A stretch of DNA of 61,947 nt, counting the filler, from Choristocarpus tenellus KU-1152 (taxonomy: Eukaryota; Protista; Phaeophyceae): the NCBI GenBank assembly GCA_964200185.2. It is 11 parts of 11 records of this genome, joined end to end, with 100 filler letters (N's around TTAATTAATTAA, not from the genome) between each part and the next. Parts side by side here need not be neighbours in the genome. Positions count along the whole stretch, not along the records: positions 49,106 to 53,967 come from CAXNAD020012754.1; positions 54,068 to 57,363 come from CAXNAD020020964.1; positions 57,464 to 61,947 come from CAXNAD020014341.1; 8 more parts are not named here. One strand, written 5' to 3'. A program made the translations under genes and the position numbers. The notes below the pieces were generated by a model, which worked only from the letters and a program-made list of their open reading frames with translations, searched no databases and had not been told where the DNA came from. This document shows positions 52,091-61,947 of this stretch, piece by piece. Position 1 is the first letter of the stretch. Each line of letters starts with the position of its first letter.

Positions 52091-54067
52091 GTGAGGGGGA
52101 CTCGGATAGGAAATATCAACAGGCGTACTGTGGTACTGGAAGGGAGTTTAAGGTTTGTTGGGCAGTCTCCCTGATGATCAAGTTAGAAATGTGCTTACGT
52201 TTACTGACCCGTTAAAACTGGCATGCAAGATTGCCTGGAGTGTGTTTGGATGCAACTTGAATGGTGTCACTCGGGAAGAGACGCCTTTTTGTGTGTTGCT
52301 TGCTCCAATTTTTGGTGCATTATCTCTGTGTGTGCGCGATTCGTGTGGTACACGTCTGAAAGAAGCGTTCAGTCATGCAGGAAACTATGGTATTTTGGGA
52401 CCTAATCCTATTGCATACTGGTGCCAAAAGATAGAGTTCTGTCCATGTTACGTCAAAGTTTCAATCTGACAACTAATATCAAGTGTCCCTCTACCAGATT
52501 TCCGTTCAGCGGTTAAACCACGTACTGACTGGAATGTTTGTGTGTGTCCCCCGTGCTCCTATGACAAACAAGTCAAATTCAATTCATTTTTAGTTCTTTT
52601 GTGGGTGCTGTTCCCAACAATCTGATGAAAAAAAGTCAGCCATGTTCTCAACTGAAAATGCATACACGCTTTGTATGACTTTCATATTAATAATCATACC
52701 TGCTTGTTGCACAATGTTCATCGTGGGAAAGGTTTGCTACGTAGGTCCACGGTGAAAGGAAATCCAACCCTAGCTAGGGTTAGGGTTGGTAAAGGTCATG
52801 TCTATCTAACCCCAATCTTCATCTTAAGATTTTGATCCGTGATGACGGATGAAATAATAAAAAACCAGTGCGTTTGGTGTACCTCTCTCTCCTCTTACAC
52901 ATCCCCCCCCCCACCTTGGCCATCCCTAGGTGTCTGCGAAGGACAACACCAATGTGGACTTGGCATGTCGACATCTCATCATGTCCATGGCGAAACACCT
53001 TCCCAAGCACACGTCTGTATGGGGGGAGGAAGTAAGTCAGTTCCACCATTGTCAGCTCGTCGATTCATGTTTTGTTGTTTTATCGAAAAATATCAATTGA
53101 TCTATTTATTTTGTTTTTGTTGGGAAGTTGCTATCTCGGGGAGGGGGAAGGGGGAAGGGGGAAGGTTTCGGTTTTGACACAGTTGCGTGAATATATTTAT
53201 GTTTATATCTTTTTTTGTTCCATCGTGCGAGGTCTACCGACCAATATAGCTTTTTAGGTCATTGTTTGGAATGATTTTTGCCTGAAAATAGTTTTTTTTT
53301 TTGTGGAGAAGAAGCAAACGTCCCCAGTTTACTGGTTATGTAAGATCTGGAGTGTTTCCTGATTCCACTGCAAAAGAAAATGGTCATTGGGTGGAGTGGT
53401 GACATTGCGATATATATCTCTGATGGTACATTTAATTTGGCTCGTACCGTGGATAGCTTGTTGTGTGGTGATACCGTGGTGGATACTAAATCCTTAACCC
53501 TATATCAAATGCCACCGATTGCCCACAATAATGCTGTGAAAATTGGTACTATTTGATAATAGTAGTAAATGGTCCTTCAGAGTGCCGCCGATGTGAACTG
53601 CTCACCCCTTAATAAATGTGATCTTCTCACGTGTACTGTGGATACTGCAGGTTAGGGTAAGGGTTAGGGCGAGTGTGATTAATTTCTTGCTACTTTTTGT
53701 ACCTGTACTCCAGTTTATTTATTTTAACCCTCTCAACCCGGTACAAACTTTCTCCCAAGATTTTTTTTTTGTAGAGTTTGTATTGAAACCAATTAACGTC
53801 TGTTGCTTGTTTGTTCCTTGTGATGTATGTGGTGAAAAGCTAAATCGATGAGTTGTCTTCTGCCCTCACCTTACATGTTCTCTTCATTTTTGTTGTAAGG
53901 ATTGTTGCTCTAGAGCCAAACAATCGATCCAGAGCCTAGGAAAATGTCAAGCTGTGTGTTGCCCCCCNNNNNNNNNNNNNNNNNNNNNNNNNNNNNNNNN
54001 NNNNNNNNNNNTTAATTAATTAANNNNNNNNNNNNNNNNNNNNNNNNNNNNNNNNNNNNNNNNNNNN

Positions 54068-54135
54068 CAAAAAAGTGAAAATCGAAAAAAGGGTGAAAAA
54101 CGGACGCCGACACCCCCCCCAAGATACTTTGACCC
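54068..54135. mobile_element. Sola2-like TIR end (GGGTCAAAGTATCT subfamily)
   Basis: AAAGTGAAAATCGAAAAAAGGGTGAAAAACGGACGCCGACACCCCCCCCAAGATACTTTGACCC, matching 13826-13892. Confidence 0.82.
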
Positions 54136-56488
54136 AGGTAGAAGTTAGAGGTCAGAACCAGTTGCCATATCTATCTCTTAAAAAAGAAGAAACAAGTCTC
54201 CTCAAGTTTGTGTCAACAAGTTTATGCCACGTAAAGTGGTGATGTAAGAGTTTTGTACGCCTGATACAGGCTACCAATCCACGAACAAGGAAAAACAACG
54301 ATCGTACAGAGAGTCAACAGTGTGAATGATGGGCATGTACCGTACAGATCTGTATACAGTCGGTGTTGGCGTGTGTATACAATCGCACCCTGATTGGACA
54401 TCAATAGGGGACAGAACAGTCGTCACAAGGTGAGGAGCCTGAACTGTATCTATGTGTCTACGAGAGTAGCCTATGTTGCAACAGGTAACTCCCCCACCAT
54501 CGCACCAAGCTGGTGAGTGAGCATTGCAAGGTCAGTAAAGGGGGAAGACATCTATTACCACCTTCTTCAAGAAGAAGGTTCTCCACAAAAACACTTTTTT
54601 CGGAGTGAAACCTTTTTTGGGTTGATAGGGACGTTGTAAGGGACGCGGAATAATCGACAACAACGAAAAAGGAAAAAGCTCAAAATTACGAAATCACGAT
54701 TTTCACACCAGAATTTTATTCCATTTTTCAACTTGACAATACCCCCCCAAGATTTGCCTTCATTTTTCAATGAAAACATTACAGAATGCTCTCAAAGATG
54801 AGATGGGAAGTGGTAATAGTATGATAATGTGCCTAGAACTCTAGGATAGAACATTGGCAAAGTGAAGGGGAGTACAGAAGTAAAAAACATGAAAAAAGAT
54901 GGAAAACTTTGAGGTAAATCTGAGGTTTTCATCCTTGGAACGACCCTAACCCTATCTTTGGACATCATCTACCATTTTAGGGTCAATAGTTTTCTTGATA
55001 ACGAAAGTATGAAAACATCACATTTACGTCAAACTCGCTCTTTTCTAGTTTCTGGGCACACCTCTCGCGTCGCCGTTGTTTCCAAGTTGGAGTTTAACTG
55101 GACAAAAAAAAGAAAGAAAAAATTAGAAGTCGGACTTACTCGCATTTTGAGACCGAAAAATGACATATTTGAAACGAATACGATCATTTAGGAAATGTCG
55201 GGCGAACGTATCTCTCGATATTTCTTCGTTGTTGTTGATTGTTCCGTACCCCTTACAACGTTCGAAACAGGCCCCCAAAAAGGTTCGACTACGAAAAAAA
55301 GTAATTTATTGTGCGTTCCTTCTTACTCTCCACATCTCCTCCTTTCTTTGCTGACCTACCTTGCACCGGTTTCACCACACCAAGGCAAGTAGCGTACCTG
55401 GCAGCCTTGGGCTAGAATGACTGTGTTGTTTCTTGCCCTATAGATAATGGTCATTGCAGCATATTTGTCAGTATCAAGCACTCTGTACGGCGTAGCTACG
55501 AATTGAATGGTAGTGCTGTTGAAGATAAATGAGCCCAACAAACTTTCACTGTGCTTGAGTGAATGAATGGATGCATGCCAGGTGCCAAGGGGGCCGCACT
55601 ACTACAGCTCGTGGCTGGTGGGTGGATCCCACAGTGTATAATCAGCAAGTACATACATCTTGTGCTAAAGAGGATTAGTGCAAGGTGCTAGTTCCTCTTT
55701 TGTGTGTGAATCTACGCTTGAATCTAGTCCATGAGATGCTATCAATGAGATTGGAAAGTTGGACTAAGTTATAATTGATGGGTATCCTTTGTTTGTTTTG
55801 TGGTATGTTTTCTGTATGACCAATGTATTGGCAAGGCGGCTGATAAATGGTCACCTGTACATGATCATGATCGTCAATAAAGACAGACGATACATGGTGA
55901 TAAGGAACAGCCAGGTAGACAAATAATGCTGAAGACACATGAGCAAGAGCAACTTCGCAAGATCTCACTCTTCCGTGTACAAACCAATGTTCAAGTTTGC
56001 CAAGGGGGACCGAGTGAGACTCCCCTCTCCTTCTCTCAACTTCTATCCTGATCAAATTTCTTCACTACAGATACATATAGCAGCTTACCGAATAAATCTG
56101 TACTATGATCGTGTTTGACGTGGGAGAGTAGGTAATGTTATCGCAACAAGAAGCGGTGAATGTTACAAACAATATTCAAAGCCTATGCTTGAGTCTCCAC
56201 GCCCATTTCGGAAGGATATGGATTTTTTTTAATAGAAAGTTCCGCACACCCATAATGCAAGGCCCATAGTATCCTAGAGGGTGTGTGAGTGTGTGTTTAG
56301 ACCTAATATTCAATTCCAGGTTTGAGGAGGTGTTGTAAGATACTCAGGTTGATGCCCATTTTGCGCGTGAAATATCTTTGGATATGGACTAGGCATAGGA
56401 ATGAAAAAGGAACTTGCGTTTAGATGAAGGAAATTTGCCCAATCCCTTAACTCGGGTGATCTTCTGTCTTGCAAATGCCACAACATTA

Positions 56489-56763
56489 GAGTGAAAGTAT
56501 CTTAGAGGGTACGAATTTTGCCCTGTTTGTTCATTTGGGGCTTGGCTTCCCCCAGTTTTTGAATGACAATTTCCTACTCCGAAATACTTCGAAATGCTTT
56601 GGGGTAGGTAAATTGTACGCGTTAAAGGTGTGTTAGGAACAAGGATATTGACACTTCCTAACAAAGATAATAGCCAAAATTACATCAAAATTACATCAAA
56701 ATTGAAACATTGGATTTTGACCCCCAAACGGACGCGGCTCTACCCTCTAAGATAGTTTGACTC
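56489..56763 (-). mobile_element. Complete Sola2-like MITE copy with small internal duplications
   Basis: GAGTGAAAGTATCTTAGAGGGTA...TACCCTCTAAGATAGTTTGACTC; AAAATTACATC duplicated internally; flanks ATTA and ATAC. Confidence 0.92.
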
Positions 56764-57519
56764 ATACTTCTTGGAATCCTCATACGTCCTATTATAACTC
56801 CTGCTCCTATCTGACAGGACCAGTGGGTGTAGCCCAAGGATGTTAAAGTCATATTATTAAGTTCCAATACTTGAAAAAAATGGGCATAATGGTTTCCTCT
56901 CCTTGGTAAGCCTATGACCATCATCCTATTTCCTCACCAATGTACAATGTTATTATTCCATTGGATACTATCATCCTCAGGAGTGCATGTTCAATCTAGC
57001 CGCTGGAGCTGGGCAAAGGCTATACAGAGTCCTGCAAGGAAAAGAAGTCGCACACCATCACAATCGAAGATACTTCCTTCCACCATGGATCGATTTTTTC
57101 TGCAGTTGGTTTGTTTATGTGTCTGCTTGAAATGCTTAATGAGTTATTTTCAACGCAACCAGCCTAGAATGAGGGGTAGCATTGTCACCAGCCTAGCCAG
57201 CAGCAGTCAAGACCTGCTTTTCACTGCTCTGACCCAGCATTTGGTTTGGCGGCTTCTGTTCCCAGGTAGTCTTCCCTGCCTCTTGGAATTCACCCCCTAC
57301 AGCCCGCAAGAAGCTTCTAGCAGTGGGGATTGAGGACGATGCAGACTTGGTTGAATTGGCTACNNNNNNNNNNNNNNNNNNNNNNNNNNNNNNNNNNNNN
57401 NNNNNNNTTAATTAATTAANNNNNNNNNNNNNNNNNNNNNNNNNNNNNNNNNNNNNNNNNNNNGTACCTACTGTATCATTTTGGAATGTTCCTTCGGCAG
57501 TGTGGAGCCAAATAGCACT

Positions 57520-58870
57520 CTCACAACCCCCATGGTGAGCCCCAACAGCCTGTCATCCCCGGCATGAAGCCCACTGTTTCGGGGAAGGAACTGTTAGCTG
57601 ACCGAGGAAAGCTGGACCACACTCGCTCTGCGTTATGCATTGGCTCTTCCTCCGGGTCTCGAGAGGCTTTCGAGGTTGTGGGGTCTAAATTGGCGAAAGA
57701 GTTTGGAGTGGGGGAGAGACACCCTAGACGGGTGTGGGCGCGTGTCAAAGAACAGTTAGACAGGGGGAATACTGTCTCCCTGAAATCACAAGCACGATTT
57801 GGACGGCCGTTGGACTTTACACTAACAAATGGAGCAAAGATCCGGGAAATCAACGTCGGCAATCGCACGGTGACTATTGACCAACTTCCCACCAAGCTCG
57901 CTGAAGCAGGCCTCACAGTTAGCAGCTCAAAGCTTCATTGCTACCTTAAAACCATGGGGGCAATGAGGGTTCAGCGGCGTGTCACCCCTAGCCTTTCGTT
58001 TTCTCACAAGAAGAACAGGGTGGGCTTCATCCTTGACCAGATCTCCCGCAATTGCAAAACCTACAGGACAGGCCTCAACACCATCCACATTGACTAGGCG
58101 TGGTTCTACTCCACAACCAAGAGATGGTGCGCATTTTCCCAGGGGAGGAAAAAGTGGACTCAACGAAGTTGCAGCACAAGAATCACATTCCCAAAGTGGT
58201 GTTCATCTCTGCCGTTTGATACCTGGATCCTTCCCATGATTTCGACGGCAAGATTGGGATCTGGCAGGTTTGTGTCATGAAGGAGGTGCAACGGACTACA
58301 CCACGGCATACGAAGGGTGAGGACTACGAGGTTGATGTCACCGTCAATACCAAGTGATACCTGGAGTGGTACACGGAGCAGCTGTTGCCAGCGATGAAGG
58401 AAAAAATGCTGTGGCTGGAATCAGGGAGGCCTCCATACGGCAGGACGGCGCAACCCCACATACGGGCAAGGGCATAGTGCAGAAGCTGCATGCACCAGGG
58501 ATGGAGGAAGGATGGAACATTAAGCTCATGATACAGCTAGGGTAGTCACTGGATCTCAACATCAGTGATTTGTTTTTTTTTGCATCTCTGAAGAGCAGGG
58601 CTTGGGCAGAGTGTCATGGCACCATTAATGAACTTGTAGAGGGGGTTCAAGCATGTTCCACATATAAGACGCAGACACGCTCTAGGGGGCGTGGCAGAGT
58701 CTATTTAAGAGGTCCAATAAGGTGTTAAGGGTGCTGGGGGGGAACGATTTGGAGGTAGAGCACACCGGGACCAAAAAAAGGCAGTGGGTGGACCGGTTGG
58801 CTAGATCAGTCGAGGTAGACCGAGCGACCTCTGCGGTGACCTGGATTGGTGGGTTGACAGTGTCAAATAA
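57520..58870 (+). mobile_element. Tc1/mariner-superfamily (plant-mariner/DD39D-like) transposase pseudogene
   Basis: TIHID*AWFY, KNHIPKVVFISAV, FDGKIGIW, IRQDGATPH, Q...S(L)DLNISDLFFFASLKS; several stops and frameshifts. Confidence 0.88.
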
Positions 58871-59283
58871 AAGCGAGACATAGCTTTTAAATGAAAAAAA
58901 TATGGCAAGGAACCAAACACAAAGGTCCGTTTTGTAATCAGAGGTCATCCCGAAGAGCTACAACTTAACAGCCCAAGACTTATGGGACAGTATATTGTAC
59001 TTAATGATCAATTATCATTAAGTCAGTATGAGGCCACATATTTGGCAGGAATGGTTCAGACTTTTTTATACATCCCGATTCAAAGCAATAGAGTGAACAA
59101 TCAAAGTGAGAGATCCAGCATATTTGATAACATTTCCTTTATGGATCCCTCTACAAGTCTCATCTACACTGTACAAGCTTGTGGATTGGAGCTACATATC
59201 CCATCATGGTTAGCTTCCGGAGGATTATGTAACACTTGGAAATTGTGGAGGAGACAACAAATTGATAATGATATGTGTCTGCT

Positions 59284-59536
59284 AAGCCAAAGTAACGTAG
59301 AGGGTAGATCCACGTCCATTTGGGGATCAAAATTTAATGTTGTGGTCTTGATATAATATTGGCCATCGTGTTTGTTAGGAAGTGTAAAGATCCTTGTTCC
59401 AGGTACACCTTTTCATAATGTATACATTTTACCTACTCCGAAACATTTTGGAGTAGGAATATGTAATAAAAAACCCATGTCAAGTCCCAAACGGACAAAC
59501 AGGGCAAAACTCGTACCCTCTAAGATACTTTCACTC
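59284..59536 (+). mobile_element. Complete Sola2-like MITE copy with TSD TGCT
   Basis: AAGCCAAAGTAACGTAGAGGGTA...TACCCTCTAAGATACTTTCACTC; TGCT at 59280-59283 and 59537-59540. Confidence 0.92.
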
Positions 59537-60569
59537 TGCTGCTGTTATCATTGTCGATCTCTCGTATTCGTTCACAATCAATTCACAGTTGAGAGATCAG
59601 GACAACCCACCCACAGTGGTTTGACAATGTGCATCTCTTCATCATTTCCACAACTAGTTATTCCTTACTTACTCGCACATTGTTGTACTTTCTGCCATCA
59701 TTTCCTACAACAACAGCATCAGCAGTACTGCTATTGATGGCATTTCTATTGGAGTACTCAATACTCATTACCATCAATTGCTATTCAAGACATCACCACT
59801 ACTACTAGTACTACACAATCATACAAAGTAAAGATAATTGACTATGAATCATTAGGAGTAATACTATTGACAACCATAACAATATCACTCGAAAAAGGGG
59901 AAGTGCAGGTAATAGTAATAATTTGTATTTGGCTGTCAGTCTAGGTAGCTCAACACACAGGAGTGGAATTATAGTAATTGCCCACCTTACCTATCTGTCT
60001 GACTGGGGAGACGAGTCCCTTACCATCACCAATAAAACTATCGTGCGCACATCAAATGTGAGAGATGGACTTCACATCTTGAACACCAGTCCAACGATGA
60101 TGCCTGGGGAAGAAAAAATCACCTCACAAAATGGGCTGATACAGGAACATCAAATTCATATGTGGAAAAGGGCAGTAACTGCGATGACTGGCAGGGGACA
60201 GTAAAACTAAGTGGGAGACAGGTCCAAATACTCATGAGTAGGAGAATGAGTCTGGGATTTGACCCCTAAACATGCACATGCTATCTATGTACTATGTACT
60301 TCCCAGTGTGCAATAAGAAAGTGCAACCTATGACGAGTGCATCAAATCTGACTTTACAACCAATGACAATACCAACGGGGCAAAGCAACCAACAATGTCC
60401 TTGCCAGTTGGTACACTTGATAGAACACTTTTCGACCGCTGACTCTTCAGGCAAGAAATCGATCCCCTCAAGAGTAGATAGGAAACAGATTGCACAGATA
60501 TTCCTGCAACAAATTACACACGTGATCTACACACACAGTGTGGCGCAAGGTGTGGAATACTTGCTGAAA

Positions 60570-61947
60570 TGATCACCAAAGGGATGCTTCCCTCCAATCT
60601 CTCCTCTTCCTTGCAGTTGCCTCTGCTGCAGCATCCCTCAGTTTCAAGCTCTCTGCATCCCCAGTTGATGTGATGATGGGAAGGTTGTGTCTACAATCTA
60701 CACACCACCATTCTCTGCCCCTAAAAAAAACTCTTAACACAAAAGAACATTGACATAATGGGCCCTACAACGCGATGGATCAAATCACATACCTGTGACT
60801 TTTCCAGTCTGTCATGAGGTGAGTGAGGCACACCCTTTTCTATGTTGTGCACTTGTATGCCTGGAAAGACTGTTAGAGGCACGCTCAGATGCTCAAGTCT
60901 GGCTGCCTCATTCGACCAAACTGTTGTGCTCCACTCAGTGGAGGGGATGCAAGGTCTTCTCCCCTCTCCTTCCTCACCTAGTAACATGCTTTTCACTTTC
61001 TTTTGCTCTCTCCACACGCAAGAGTTGTCTTAGTTCTTTGCACTCTGCCTTATGTTTCTCACGAAGTTCCTTCAGCTGTACCCTAAGTGCCACTTCCTGC
61101 CTCTTGATGAGAAACTCAGACTGCTTCAATGACTTTTTTTCCCGCCACAATGCACGCACCAATACCTCTTCTCTAGAAAGATTATCAGGATTCCTGCATT
61201 CTTTCAGTGCTCTGGCAATCGCATTGTGTCCAGGACTTGTACACACTCGCTCAGTTGGTCCCCCCTCTGGCATGACAATGGTGGTGACTCTTGAAGCTGA
61301 CTGCTTTGTTTTCCACTTTCTCTTTTTTACATTCTCTCTTCTGGTCCTCCTTTGTCTTGAGGCATCCTGCACTAACCCTTGGTTGACCAGCCCCTCTCTC
61401 AGTAACATTCTCAACTCCCTTCTCCCTCGCTGGCTGGCCCCTGCTCCATCAACGTTCCCACCTCCCTCCTTCTCCTGTAATCCATCGAAACTCCTATCCT
61501 TCATACCATCCCTACTGTCTTTCCCAGCAGTACCTTCTACAATGGCTCTTGCATGTCCAGAAGAAACTCTTGGCTTACCTTGGGTCACCGCCGCATGTTT
61601 GAGTCGGATCTCCTTCAGCATTTCTGAGATGATTGACCCCTTATTATTCCATAGATGCTCCAATTCCAGTACTGACATTGTGATGGAAGGCGTGGAAGGA
61701 GGTTGGGCTTCTCCTCTTCCACCACCACCACCAACACCACCACACCTGTCATCGCCCACAACATCTTTTTGTTGTGACCTTGGTGGAGCTGAGATCACCA
61801 ACTTTTCCTCATAGCTTATTCGGTGCTTCTTGCCATTGATCCTAAAATATTCACGAGACCACTGTCGGTACACCATGGCAGCCATGATTGGGTGTATGGT
61901 TGAGATACTGTCTTCTCCGTCCCCACAGTTACTGCTGTCATGCCTAC
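60570..61947 (-). CDS. Unknown protein with low-complexity and coiled-coil regions, partial spliced gene
   Basis: Frame open from the window end to donor AG|GTGAGG at 60978; acceptor TTTTTTTAG at 60721 continues in frame RGREWWCVDCRHNLP...ARKRRDWRKHPFG. Confidence 0.6.

Noticed and set aside
56770-57360. Possible LINE C-terminal remnant on the minus strand, with similar hints at 58980-60200
   Set aside because: Too degenerate to support a call
60795-61814. 339-aa plus-strand ORF
   Set aside because: Antisense shadow of the spliced minus-strand gene; Ser/Leu/Phe-rich with no motifs

Overview
This is eukaryotic genomic DNA, probably from a brown alga or related stramenopile (inferred from the GT-AG intron-rich genes, TTAGGG-like motifs and an Ectocarpus-like Zn2Cys6 gene). 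It is not one locus: ten artificial N44-TTAATTAATTAA-N44 linkers join 11 unlinked contigs, so adjacency across a linker means nothing. Host genes are all spliced and mostly partial: a Zn2Cys6 transcription factor, a long-chain fatty alcohol oxidase (GMC family), a DUF389 membrane protein, a divergent Rab GTPase and an unknown coiled-coil protein. Mobile DNA dominates: three decayed Ty3/Gypsy elements (one with a chromodomain and a solo LTR in its protease), an RTE-like LINE remnant, a mariner-type transposase pseudogene, seven copies of a ~255-bp MITE (GAG..CTC ends, 4-bp TSDs, Sola2-like) and seven ends of larger elements sharing the same terminal motif. The best candidate for an undescribed system is a pair of divergent ParB/Srx-like (DGxHR-motif) genes on two different contigs. 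Each has a repeat or hairpin array upstream, and one lies inward of a Sola2-like terminus.
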